The notes under the pieces were generated by a model, which worked only from the letters and a program-made list of their open reading frames with translations, ran no database searches and was not told where the DNA came from. A stretch of 64,000 bases of DNA from NCBI GenBank assembly GCA_030390025.1, contig CM059427.1, forward strand, positions 19,096,001 to 19,160,000, read 5' to 3'. Position 1 is the stretch's first letter. Each line of letters opens with the position of its first letter. Source of the stretch: Squalus acanthias (taxonomy: Eukaryota). A program made the translations under genes and the position numbers. Positions 51,994-64,000 of this stretch are shown here, piece after piece.

Positions 51994-52031
51994 TTACAAG
52001 CTTTCGGAGCTGTCGCTCCTTCCTCAGGTAA
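51994..52031 (-). ncRNA. Minimal type I hammerhead ribozyme (PLE family B)
   Basis: Reverse complement is identical to 23390-23427. Confidence 0.85.
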
Positions 52032-53154
52032 GTTAGCAGTGAGAGAATCTCCCAGAATTCACAATTTAAACACAGACAAAATCTATTCAAATATTTCCCT
52101 ACATCAAAGACACACTAAGAGCACAGCCGAGACAATGAGATGTGTCCCAGGGGGTCCAACGTGTCAAACCACCTGCTGGCTGCATATCCTGTCAATTTGT
52201 GTTCTTGTGTTAGTCTTTTTAAAAAAAAAAACACCTGGGAAGACCGGCCATGATGTCAAGTCACGTTCTGTATCGTGACATGAACCCGATATCGCGATTG
52301 AGGCCATCCTCATGAGTGCGGAACTTGGCTATCAGTTTCTGCTCTATGATTTTGCGCTGTCGTGTATCTCGAAGGCCGCCTTGGAGAACGCTTACCCGCA
52401 TATCCGAGGCTGAATGCCCCTGGCTGCTGAAGTGTTCCCCGACTGGGAGGCAACCCTCCTGCCTGGCGATTGTTGCGCGGTGTCCGTTCATGCGTTGTCT
52501 CAGTGTCTGCATGGTCTCGCCGATGTACCATGCTCTGGAGCATCCTTTACTGCAACGTATCAGGTAGACAACGTTGGCCGAGTCACATGAGTATGTACGG
52601 TACATACTCATGTGACTCGGCCAACGTTGTCTAACTGATACGTTGCAGTAAAGGATGCTCCAGAGCATGGTACATCGGCGAGACCATGCAGACACTGAGA
52701 CAACGTATGAACGGACACCGCGCAACAATCGCCAGGCAGGAGGGTTCCCTCCCAGTCGGGGAACATTTCAGCAGCCAGGGGCATTCAGCCTCGGATCTGC
52801 GGGTAAGCGTTCTCCAGGGCGGCCTTCAGGATACACGACAGCGCAAAATCATAGAGCAGAAACTGATAGCCAAGTTCCGCACTCATGAGGATGGCCTCAA
52901 TCGCGATATCGGGTTCATGTCACGATACAGAACGTGACTTGACATCATGGCCGGTCTTCCCAGGTGGTTTTTTTTTAAAAGACTAACACAAGAACACAAA
53001 TTGACAGGATATGCAGCCAGCAGATGGTTTGACACGTTGGACCCCCTGGGACACATCTCATTGTCTTGGCTGTGCTCTTCGTGTGTCTTTGATGTAGGGA
53101 AATATTTGAATAGATTTTAAATTGTGAATTCTGGGAGATTCTCTCACTGCTAAC

Positions 53155-53192
53155 TTACCTGAGGAAGGAGCGACAGCTCCGAAAGCTTGTAA
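53155..53192 (+). ncRNA. Minimal type I hammerhead ribozyme (PLE family B)
   Basis: TTACCTGAGGAAGGAGCGACAGCTCCGAAAGCTTGTAA, identical to 23390-23427. Confidence 0.85.
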
Positions 53193-54699
53193 AATTAAAT
53201 AAATCTGTTGGACTATAACCTGGTGTTGTGCGACTTCTCATTTTTGTCCACCCCAGTCCAACGCCGGCATCTCCACATCATAAGATGAGGTACACTTCGC
53301 GTGCGAGGATAACAAAGCCATTTAAAAGGGTCATATTCTGCCATTAAATTAATGTTTTAAATTCCATTCTACCCATCTGGGATTGACCTATTTTTGATTA
53401 TCCTTACGGCACTGTGTGAAATAAAAGTTTAGCTAGAATGGATCTCCGTTTTAGTAACTTCCATGTCTCGAGCTGTAATTATCAATACGCGCGGGCAAGT
53501 TTCATTTTTTTTAAAATGCCAAATGTACAGCGATTGTAAGCAGAACTTAAAATGCTGTACAGATGTGTCACCAGTTACACATCGCACGATCAAAAAATGT
53601 GTTGCACTATACCGCAAACGGTGAAAATCGAAAGACTGAAGGATCGCTAACATTTAACCCTGGGTTGAGGGTGAATGAACAAGGTGTGTTTCTCAACTTG
53701 GGACCCAACTTCTGTATTCTATCTTGAAGATAATCTGATTCGTCTGCTTAACGGTAATTACGTTTCCATTGATACGAGCTTTTACTTGACTGACTTCAAA
53801 GTCCCTAGGTTTTCTTGCTGATTTGTTCATTTTAAACGGTTTTACGGAGGGAGGCGAAACTTTCTTTTCATTTGAGTTTGAAATAGTTTAACTTATCCGA
53901 GCAGTTTTGCGGCTGAAAAAACAATACCCCACCCCCTCTAAACGTGCGAAGTTTGTGCTTCTGTGCTTTTAGTGGAGTTCTGGAGAGACGGTAACGTCCA
54001 TTGTGAATGGGGAAAATCCGTGCACTGATCAACACAGTCGCTTCAGTTCGTGTCCCACTTATCACTTTGCCTTTGTAGCTCCCGTTAATAGATCTGCCTG
54101 GAATACTGAGAATTGGAAATTAATATCCTCTGACAATCTGAAGAGTTGATTAGTCACGTCCTCACGGTTTAGCCTGTAACCCATGTTCCTTGTTGGAGCA
54201 TCTGTAACGCTATCCGACTAGAACGGCCCTAAATAAATAAGCTGCATTCAGTCTGGATAAAACGGTTCGGCACGCCGCCATCGCCACTTGGACTGTACCC
54301 AGTATTGTCACTTTAATAAATACGTTGGCTGATGGGCCCATAAAGTGGAATGTGTGTTGGGATCTCTACTGTTTGTGATTGTATTTAAATGATCACTTAC
54401 ATTCAGAAACTAAATGCAAACTGACTAAATTAGGTGATAACAATCTTGAAGAGATGGCCACGGACTTATGAATAAATCAAACAATATGCCAGTGAGTCAA
54501 ACAGTAGCAGATGTCACTGAACAGGGACACCCGTGAAGTATTGCACATCCGAGGACAAGCTAGTGACCTACTGCTATTTCAGCAACATTCCGTGAATGTT
54601 GCTGAAATAGCAAGGATATTAGACTGTGCACTTAACATATCCAATAAGCAAGGCAAAATGAACTATGTAGCAAAAACAAACCACAAGTGGGAGAAATAA

Positions 54700-55370
54700 A
54701 TAATTTGCATTTATAGAGACGTTTCAGGTCATGTCCCAAAGAGTTTCACAGTCAATTATTTTTATTTATTGGATGTGGGCGTCGCTGGCAAGGCCAGCAT
54801 TTATTGCCCATCCCGAATTGCTCTTGAGAAGGTGATGGTGAGCCTCCATTTCAGAGGGCAGTTAAGAGTCAACCACGTATAGGCCGGACCAGGTAAGGAC
54901 ATTCGTAAACCAGATGGGTTTTTATGACAATCCGGTAGTTTTATGGTCACTATAACTGATACTTGCTTTTTATTCCAGATTTTTTTATTAACTGAATTTA
55001 ATTCCACAGCTGCCATGGTGGGGTTTGAACTCACGTCTCCGGATTATTACTCCAGGCCTCTGGATTACTCGTCCAGTAACATAACCACTATGCTACCGTT
55101 CCCAATATTAATGCAATTACATTTTTTTAAGTGTAGCTACTTTTGTTAGATTGTCAAATGCAGCAGACAATTAGAACACAGCAAGATTCCACAGACAGCC
55201 TTCAGACAAATGACCAGTTAATCTATTTTTAGTCATGATGGTTGAGGGATAAATATTGGCTGGAATACAGGGGGAACTCCCCTGCTGCTCTTATAATGGT
55301 GTAATGGGATCTTTTATGTCCACCTGTCTAGGTGGGTGGGGCTTCGGTTTAATATCCTATCCAACAGCCA
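54700..55370 (-). mobile_element. Deu-SINE split by a second SINE
   Basis: The tail at 54700-54758 resumes at about 55114 (CAATTA repeated on both sides). Deu core GGTTGAGGGATAAATATTGGC...ATGGGATCTTTTATGTCCACCTG. Confidence 0.65.
54766..55105 (-). mobile_element. tRNA-derived SINE with a tail from the LINE family at 11305
   Basis: Minus-strand head GGTAGCATAGTGGTTATGTTACTGGAC...GTGAGTTCAAACCC (A and B boxes). 3' end GGATGTGGGCGTCGCTGGCAAGGCCAGCATTTATTGCCCATCCC matches 11308-11350. Confidence 0.75.
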
Positions 55371-56099
55371 GCTGAGTAGGGGAATAGAGGCAAATCTCTT
55401 GCAATAATTTAAGAAACAGTGGGATACAGTGATGGGAGGAATGTATTTTTTTTTCTGGATGGATGAGCCTTGATGGGATAAAGGCCGTTCATCCGAATCT
55501 ATCTTGTATGAAAAATTAATAAACAGAACATTAGATGAGGACTAATCACTTTCTTTTTATTACGTCCCAAAAAATTAGTTGAAGTGGAAATGGATGTGAT
55601 GTAGGTTTACCTCTACTCCTGAAGTCAAATTGAAATGTGAACACTGGACGATTTAGTATTCTGAAGCTTGTAAAATACTGCAGGATGGGCAGATAAGTGA
55701 CATATATAATTTAATGTAGAAAAATACGGATATGTAAAGAAAATACCCCGTAAATGGTAAGCTTTTAAACAGAGGAGCAGAGAGGCCTTGTTGTGCAGTT
55801 ACAGGGATCATTAAAGGTGGCAGTGCGAATACATCAGGCCATAACAAAGCAAACCTAAGCATCGGTTTCTATCTATTTGTGGCTAATGGGGGGAGGAATG
55901 TGCAGACTTGATGGGCTGAATGTACTATTCCTGTGCCGTAGCATTGTGCTTCCATAAGTACTATTAACTGCTCGAATAATTTTGATGTAGTTACAATTAT
56001 ATTTATAATTGTGCTACAAATGTGTATAATTAACTTAGGGTATAAAGAAATCATATGCACAGCAGATGACAATAAAGAAATCATGTGCGCAGCAGATGA

Positions 56100-56650
56100 C
56101 TATCAGGTAACGCCTGCCGATATGAGATCAAGCATGTTGAAAGAACTGGGGCACACCAGCTTGTGCAGGTAAGCGGGGTCGTCCCTGGGCGAGATGTGCG
56201 CAGGCGCGCGAGCCTCCTGCCTGAATGTGTCGGTTCCTGAGAGCCTGATGGAGAAATCCCAGTAAAGTGGAGTCGGGAGCCGGAGCCGGTCCCTCTGAGT
56301 CAGCTGCACCATCCGGACAGACAACCGAAAGGTAATGGGAACGGAGAAGGGAGCCCGTCTCTTGTCCGCGTCTTGTGTCCGAGCTGCAGCCCGAAGGTGG
56401 CAGCTAACTGCGGGCACGAGGTATTTGCAGAGGACGAGGGGTTTTTTTTTGTGTGTGTGTGAGAGAGAAATTTTGCAATGTTTCGGAGCTGATCTTTCTG
56501 GCGCAGGTTGGATGTTTATTTTCCAGTTTGAGAGTCATTTCTTGCTGGTGTCTATTTTTAAGGTTGTTCTATTTTTCCCCCCCCCGATGGAACCTGTGCG
56601 CGGGGTCGCTGCCGGGTGGGCGGCCCGAGGGATCTTTTTATTCAGAGCTG
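56100..56650 (+). promoter_or_regulatory. CpG-rich promoter and probable non-coding first exon (ends 56331) of the next gene, possibly ZNF385B
   Basis: Non-repeat, CpG-dense. NRF1-like TGCGCAGGCGCG at 56197-56208, AP-1 TGAGTCA at 56296-56302, donor GAAAG|GTAATG at 56331/2. Gene identity rests on vertebrate synteny only. Confidence 0.55.
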
Positions 56651-57849
56651 TGGAAGTGGTTTAAAATTGTTGTGAATTGGAAGGAGTCTTGGTGTTAAAA
56701 CAGAAAGAATTCAAACTGAATTCGGAAGGGGCACGTGGAGAAGTGGCGTGATGGGAACTATTTTTAATCGGCGTTCTCCTGTTGTGGATTTTGCTGGGTT
56801 TCAGTCTCAGCAGTTTAACAATGTAACAGTTAGTCGGAAACGCGAAAGAAACTTTAAATACAGCAAAATGCTGCAACTTCTGCGTTTTACGATTCAGATG
56901 ACGTGACCTATATTGTTGCATTGTATTGTAATTTTTTAAACCTGAAGGATATACACACACAACAGGATTAAAAAAAATCATATATGGAAGTCGAGAACCT
57001 TTGACCTAAAAAGTGAGAATACTTACAAATGCTTTATTCATTTGCTCACTGCATATTTGTCGAACTAAGCACATTGGTGCGGGCTCTCAACACATCCTGG
57101 ATGTTAGCGCGTTAATAAAAATAAAAGGGACGTTGGCTAAAATGGGAAGGGGACCGTTACTTTCTGCAGCACCCTATTTAAGTTAGAAAGGAAACATTGT
57201 TACATCATGCCCCCAAAAAAACTCAAGGTAGAATTCATGTCCTGGTTCTCGTAATCGTGTCGCAGTTTTTCCAAAGGGATTGATCATTGTCTCTCTTCAG
57301 TATTGGAAGGTCCGTTCCTAACTCAGTTATAATGAGCTCTAGTTGAATTCCTAAGCGAATTTCATAAACAAAAATCACGTGAAATGCTCTTACTGATTTA
57401 GTCCAACGTGAGACCTCGATGCAGTAGAGTGAAGAAATAATTTGCTGCTTTCATAGATTCCTGTCAATCTGGTGGTTGGCTGTCAATCACATTTTATTTG
57501 TAATCCTCTTTAGTTCTATGTGGAACAATCAGGTCTAAATTTAGCACTGTCGCACAGAGAGAAAAATAACTTTAGAATGGTGAGTTTTGGCCTACTCCTG
57601 CTCCTATTTCTTATGTTATGTTTCCAGGTGGTCATGAATTGATAAACAGTCATTTTTTATTCTCCCTTTCTGTTGTTTTCTCCAGCCTCCATGAGTTCAT
57701 CCAATGTTCTGTGTCATTCATTAAAGAAAAGGGCTTCCTCAGACCCCTGGTTTAAAATCCGCCAGTAGGATATGTCTTCGAGCAACTTGGCTTGACCTGT
57801 TGTTCAGTTTGTCTCCTTTACTTTCCACCAATCAAAGTATCACACCTCC

Positions 57850-59100
57850 ACTTGATGGTTCTTTTGGATGGCACAGCTAAGATCAAGAGTTCATTTTTGT
57901 GTTGCGTTACTGGAGAGATCCTTTCTTGATAATGAGACATGAAGATGAAAGGTCAAGGCACCTGTGCAGGACACCACCAAGGTTATAAAGAGTTAAACAG
58001 AAGGCAGAGTAAACCAGAGATTTGTAATTGGGTGATGTCAAACTTGGTATTAAAATTTGAAGATTGTGGGACAGTTGAAAGACAGAGGGTGGTGAAGAGT
58101 TGCAGTTTTGATGTCCTAGGAAAACATGTTAAAACAAGAGAATAGTGAATCTTGATTTCAACACCATGCGAGTGTGTAGGCAAAAGGGAAGGGCATGCAG
58201 AATGATATATTTGGAGCTTAGAAGGAAGATGAGAAGGAGGTTCGGAAGTGTACTGATAACCATAGTATATCTGCTTAAAATGTAGACAGGCGAAGGTGCA
58301 ACAGAGAGGTTGATGGCCAAAGATAGTAAAACGATCACCAATTGGGAAAACAGCCTTTTCTGATAATCCTGTCCATGTGGTGAGGGAGATATTGGAAGAT
58401 CTTAGCTGGATAAAGGAGCACTACTGAAGTCTTGAACTTTATAGAGCCTCAAGAGTTCATGAAGGGAAAAGATATGTTTGGCATAAAATGAAACCACATT
58501 TCTTGGCGGTTGCAATGACAAAGATATGGGAATGGCACCTGAGGTGAGAGGAAATAGTGAGGGCAAGAAAGTTGATGAATGAAGAATGTCTTGGAGTACA
58601 GGCATTAAAGGGGAAAAAAAGCTGTTGGTTAGACATGACAAACATGAAGGAACAGTGTCTTTGAAGAATTGAGAAATGAGATTTTCCAGATTGAAGGGTA
58701 TACAGGAAATCGATAGTAGTTAAATCATTGCACTGCGAGGAATGGAAGTGTGTGATTGAAGAAAGATGACTGTGCTTGAATGATAGGTGGAGAAGGTCAC
58801 TGACATGAAGAAATTAAGTGGAAGGGAAAACCGAGCCATGGGAGCCCCCTGAATTAATGGAAATTGAGTCGGGTCATGATCTATTAACTGCAATACATGG
58901 GGCCATTTGTATGAAACTAGATAGTCATGAATTCAGCCGTCTGATTTTTTTTTAGAGCTATTGGATACCATCAAAAGGATAACTGATATCCCTGGCAATG
59001 ATAAATTACTCACGAAATTGTTTGTCATGCACCTTTGGAGCTCTGCTCATAGTTATTAGGATCAGCAATGGAAAGGTGATGCTGAAAACTCTCCTTGTGA
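57850..59100 (-). mobile_element. Ancient non-LTR retroelement remnant (CR1/L2 group)
   Basis: 58855-58740(-) resembles NSGVPQGSVL.P.LF...INDL (reads NSGGSHGSVFPST*FLHVSDLLHLS); otherwise heavily decayed. Confidence 0.4.
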
Positions 59101-59604
59101 TCATGGATTAGGGCACAACTTTCAAGGTTTAGTTTTTTATATAAAAAAATACTTAATTTAAAAGAGTTGCGCTTGTATACTTGGTACTTCAATAATATAT
59201 TTTGGTGAAATCAATCAAGTATAAATAGTAGTAGACCTAGATTTTTAAAAATTCTTTAGCAATAATTGTCTCAGTTTTTATTATGATAATCTGCCATGTC
59301 GCTCCCTGGAGTTGCACTTGGTGTACTGGACTTGTCTAGATGTGATTGTAGGCTTCATATTTGACATAAAACAGTGTTTACACAATTTAGAAAAAGGCAA
59401 AGAACCACAAAGCATAAGTATATTAGGAGTATTTATCACAAGTATGGAAACTTTACCAGTTTTTTGGTTTAAAATATTTCACTTAACAGGAGAGTAGATG
59501 TGTGCTTCAGTGACATGTTTGGATGCTACAGCAATCTTTCCTCAGTCTTTGTCAGCCGAGTCCTGCTTCCTTATAGCTGCTCTACCAATGTTTAAAAAGT
59601 AAAG

Positions 59605-60522
59605 AATTACATAGAATGTACAGCACAGAAACAGGCCTTTTGGCCCAACTGGTCTCCGCTCCACACGAGTCTCCTCCCACCTTACTTCATCTAATCCCAT
59701 CAACATATCCTTCTTTTCCTTTCTCCCTCATGTACTTATCTAGCTTCCCCTTCAATGCATCTATGCTATTCGCCTCAAATACTCGTTGTGGTGGTGAGTT
59801 CCACGTTCTAACCACACTCTGGGTAAAGAAGTTTCTCCTGAATTCCCTATTGGCTTTATTAGTGACTATCTTATATTTATGACCTCTAGTTTTGGACCCC
59901 CCCCCCCAAACAAGTGGAAACATCTTCTCTACGTCTACCCTATCACAGCCCTTCATAATTTTAAAGACCTCTTCGGTCATCCCTCTGCTTTTTTTATAGA
60001 GAAAAGAGCCCAGCCTGTTCAATATTTCCTGATAACTATAACCTCTTGGTTCTGGTATCATCCTTGTAAATCTCTTGCACCTGCTCCAGTGCCTCTATGT
60101 TGTTTATAATATGGAGACCAGAATTGTGCACAGTACTCAGTCTGGTCTAACCAAGGTTCTTTACAAGTTTAACATAACTTCTCTGATTTTGAATTCTATT
60201 CCTCTAGAAATGAACCCCAGTGCTTGTTTGCTTTTTTTATGGACTTTTTAACCTGTGTCGCTACTTTTGGTGATTTGTGTATCTATACTCCTGGATCCCT
60301 TTGGTCCTCTGCCCCATTTAGACTCTCTTATTTTCCAAGGAGTATGTGGCCTCCTTATTCTTCCTAACAAAATGCACCACCTCACACTTAGCTAAATTGA
60401 AATTCATTTGCCAATTACACAGCCACCCTGCAAGTTTATTCATGCCGTCTTGTATTTTGTCGCACTCTTAGTCAGTATTAGCTATACCCCCAATTTGGGG
60501 TCATCTGCAAATTTTGAAATTG
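59605..60522 (-). mobile_element. CR1 3' fragment
   Basis: ORF 59687..60061 (EVFKIMKG...RRNFFTQSVVRTWN); TTTGCAGATGAC (FADD) at about 60500-60512. Confidence 0.88.
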
Positions 60523-60809
60523 TTTAAATACACTTCACAAACCACGTGTATTTCCTTTTGTATGCCTAGCTTTTAGAACTAACAAAAGTGTGACTGCTTT
60601 AAACCACTCCAAAAAGAGTGACCAAGTCTAACATTTACATCAAAATGTAAACCATAAATCCTTTGTTAAATATTTATTTCCTGCATGTTCCGTTACATTT
60701 TTTTGTTTTTATTATGTAGTATAGAATCCATATGTCGTCATATTTGAAGTTTGGCTTTTGTTCATTTAGGGATATCTCTGAAAATTGCTTTCTATTAGCA
60801 AAACAATCT

Positions 60810-63800
60810 TCGAATCATAGAATGGTTACAGCACAGAAGGAGGCCATTGAGCCCGTGCCGGCTCTCTGCAAGAGCAGTTCAGCTAGTCCCCCTCTCCTGC
60901 CTTTCCCCGTAGCCCTGCAAATTTTTTTCCTGCAGGTACTTCTCCAATTCCCTTTTGAAAGCCAAGTTTGAATCTGCCTCCACCATCTTTTCAGGCAGTG
61001 CATTCCAGATCCGAGCCACTCGCTGTGTTTATAAAAAAAAAAAAGTTTTTCCTTATGTCGCCTTTGGTTCTTTTGCCAATCACCCAGTGTCCTCTGGTTC
61101 TCGACCCTTCCACCAATGGGCACAGTTTCTCTCTATCTACTCTGTCCAGACCCCTCATGCTTTTGTATACCTCTATCAAATCTCCTCTCAACCTTCTCTG
61201 CTCGAAGGAGAACAACCCCAGCTTCTCTCGTCTATCCACGTAACTGAAGTCCCTCATTCTTGGAATCATTCTCGTAAATCTTTTTTGCATCCTCTCAAAG
61301 GCCTTCACATCCTTCCTAAAGTGCAGTGCCCAGAATTGGACACTCTACTCCAGTTGAGGCTGAACCAGTGTTTTATAAAGGTGGTTCATAACTTCCTTGC
61401 TTTTGTACTCTATGCTCCTATTTATGAAGCCCAGTATCCTGTATGCTTTTTTAACCACTTTCTCAACCTGCCCTGCACATATGCCCCCAGGTGTTCTGTT
61501 CATGCACCCACTTTAGGGTTGTACCCGTTAGTTTATATTGCTTCTCCTCGTTCTTCCGAGCAAAATGTATCACTTCGCACTTTTCTGCGTTAAATTTCAT
61601 CTGCTACGTGTCCGCCCATTTCACCAGCCTGTTTGTCTCCTTGAAGTCTATCACTATACTTCCAAGTTTTGTCATATGCAAATTCTGAAATTGTGCCCTG
61701 TACACCCAAGTCCAAGTCATTAATATATATCAAGAAAAGCAGTAGTCCAAGTACCAACCCCTAGGGAACACCTTCCTCCAGTCCAAAAAATAACCGTTCA
61801 CCGCTACTCTCTGTTCCTGTCACTTAGTCAATTTCGTATCCATGCTAACACTGTTCCTTTTATTCCATGGGCTTCAACTTTGCTGGCACTTTATCAAACG
61901 CCTTTTGGAAGTCCGTATACACTACGTCAACTGCATTCCCCTCATTAACCCTCTGTTACCTCATCAAAAAACTCAATCAGGTTAGTTAAACACGATTTGC
62001 CTTTAACAAATTCGTGCTGGCTTTCCTTAATTAATCCACACTTGTCCAAGTGACTGTTAATTTTGCCCCTGATTATTGTTTCCAAAAGCTTCCCCACTAC
62101 CGAGGTTAAACTGACTGACCTGTAGTTGCTGGGTTTATCCTTACACCCTTTTTTGAACAAGGGTATAACATTTGCAATTCTCCAGTCCTCTGGCACCACC
62201 CCCGTATCTAAGGAGGATTGGAAGATTATGGCGAGTACCCCTGCGATTTCCTCCTTAACCTCCCTCCGCATCCTAGATGCATCCTATCCAGTCCTGGTGA
62301 CTTATCAACTTTAAGTTCAGACAGCCTTTCTAGTACCTCCTCTATCAATTCTTACCTCATCCAGTATCTCCACGACCTCCTCTTTCACTGACTTTGACAG
62401 CAGCATCTTCCTTGGTGAAGACAGATGCAAAGTACTCATTTAGTACCTCAGCTATGCCCTCTGCCTCCATGCGTAGGTCTCCTTTTTGGTCCCTAATCGT
62501 CCCCACCCTTCCTCTTGCTACCCGTTAATTATTTATGTCTATAGAAGACTTTTGAATTCCCTTTTATGTTAGCTGCCAATCTATTCTCATACTCTCTCTC
62601 TTTGCTCCTCTTATTTTCTTTTTCGCTTCCCCTCTGAACTTTCTATATTCAGCCTGATTCTCACTTGTATTCTCAACCTGACATCTGTCATACGTGCTCT
62701 TTTTCTGCTTCATCTTTCTCTCTCTTTCGTCATCCAGGGAGCTCTGGCTATTGTTGCCCTACTTTTCCCCCTCATGGGAATGTACCTCGACTGTACCCGA
62801 TCCATCTCCTCTTTAAAGGAAGCCCATTGTTTGATTACAGTTTTGTCTGCCAATCTTTGATTCCAATTTACCCAGGCCAGATCTGTTCTCAACCCACTGA
62901 AATTTGCCTTCCTCCAATTAAGTATTTTTACTCTGGATTGCTCCCTGTCCTTTTTCATAGCTAGTCTTAACCTTATGATACTATGATCAATGTTCCCCTA
63001 CTGACACTTGCTCCACTTGACCCACCTCATTCCCCAGAACCAGTTCCAGCAATGCCTCCTCCCTCGTTGGGCTGGAAATGTACTGATCAAAAAGTCCTCC
63101 TGAACACACTTCAGAAATTCTTCCCCACCTCTGCCCTTTACACTATTACTATCCTAGTCTATATTAGGATAATTGAAGTCCCCCATTATTACTACATAGT
63201 TCTTGCACCTCTCTGTAATTTCCCTGCAAATTTGCTCCTCCATATCTTTCCCACTATTTGGTGGCCTATAGAATACACCTAGTAATGGCACCTCTATTAT
63301 TTCTCAACTCTAACCAAATAGATTCTGTCCTTGACCCCTCCAGGACATCCTCTCTCTCCAGCACTATAACATTCTCCTTAACCAATATTGCCACTCCACC
63401 TCCTTTCTTTCCTTCCCTATCTTTCCTGAACACCTTATATCCAGGAATATTTAAAACCCAATCCTGCCCTTTTTGAGCCACGTCTCCGTTATTGCCATGA
63501 CATCATATTCCCATGTGGCTATTTGCATCTGCAGCTCACCAACCTTATTCACCACGCTTCATGTATTTACACACATGCACTGTGAACCTTTCTTAGACCT
63601 TCTTGTATTCTCTCTGTCTGACCCCACCTAATACCATACTCTTTCTTACTCTAGTGCTATCTGTCTCTCCCAATCCTTTGTGTACTTTGTTTCTCCTTTC
63701 TACTGCTACATCCTGATGCCCACCCCCCTGCTAAATTAGTTAAACCCCCCCCCCCCAACGAGGACATTGGTTCCGGCCCTGTTGAGGTGCAACCCGTCCG

Positions 63801-64000
63801 GCCTGTACAGGTCCCACCTCCCCCAGAACCGGTCCCAATGTCCCAGGAGTCTAAAGCCCTCTCTCCTGCACCATCTCTCCAGCCACGCATTCAACTGCTC
63901 TTTCCTCCTATTTCTATACTTTAGCTCGTGGTGCAGGGAGTAATCCAGAGATTATTACCTTTGAGGTCCTGCTTTTTAATCTCTTTGCTAGCTCCCTAAA
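60810..64000 (-). mobile_element. Long CR1 LINE (end of ORF1, APE, RT, tail), decayed; runs off the right edge
   Basis: ORFs 63266..63481 (WVLNIPGYKVFRKDREG..GGGVA), 61945..62271 (VPEDWRIANV...SCLTNLIEFF) and 60991..61308; ORF1 esterase end at 63750-64000. Confidence 0.92.

Larger units (their letters stand above)
51941..53281. mobile_element. Penelope family B fold-back insertion (about 1.3-kb palindrome)
   Basis: Arms 51941-52598 and 52600-53245 with a 1-nt spacer. GIY-YIG (VVYLIRC..WYIGET) on both strands. 35-nt tail 53246-53280 on the right arm only. TSD TAAGATGAGGTA (51930-41, 53281-92). Confidence 0.93.

Noticed and set aside
52261-52728. 155-aa GIY-YIG ORF as a standalone nuclease gene
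   Set aside because: Its N-terminal part is just read-through across the palindrome centre from the opposite arm.
51941-53245. Palindrome as an assembly artefact
   Set aside because: The arms differ by substitutions and an indel, only one arm has the tail, and a TSD flanks the whole structure.
60955-61593. 212-aa ORF on the plus strand
   Set aside because: Antisense of a CR1 RT C-terminus.
1-64000. CRISPR arrays, rRNA, true tRNA genes, prokaryotic operons
   Set aside because: None seen. The sequence is intron-containing vertebrate DNA, and the tRNA-like boxes belong to SINE heads.

Overview
This is eukaryotic vertebrate DNA, most likely from a shark or other cartilaginous fish (inferred from the repeat content). 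The host content is the last four coding exons and 3'UTR of CWC22 (+ strand, 2064-10008) and a CpG-rich promoter/first exon near 56.2 kb, probably ZNF385B by vertebrate synteny. The rest is dominated by mobile DNA: many CR1 and L2 LINE fragments, Deu-domain and other SINEs, a hAT-type non-autonomous element with a perfect 8-bp TSD, a decayed two-gene Harbinger transposon with related MITEs, and a solo LTR. Two families of Penelope-like elements carry five minimal hammerhead ribozymes and form three fold-back structures. There is also a young full-length Mag-like Gypsy element (45685-50125). Its primer-binding site is not tRNA-like but is exactly complementary to 11 nt of its own LTR, suggesting Tf1-style self-priming, and its RT motif is YLDN instead of YxDD. 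Boundaries of old repeats are approximate, read by eye.
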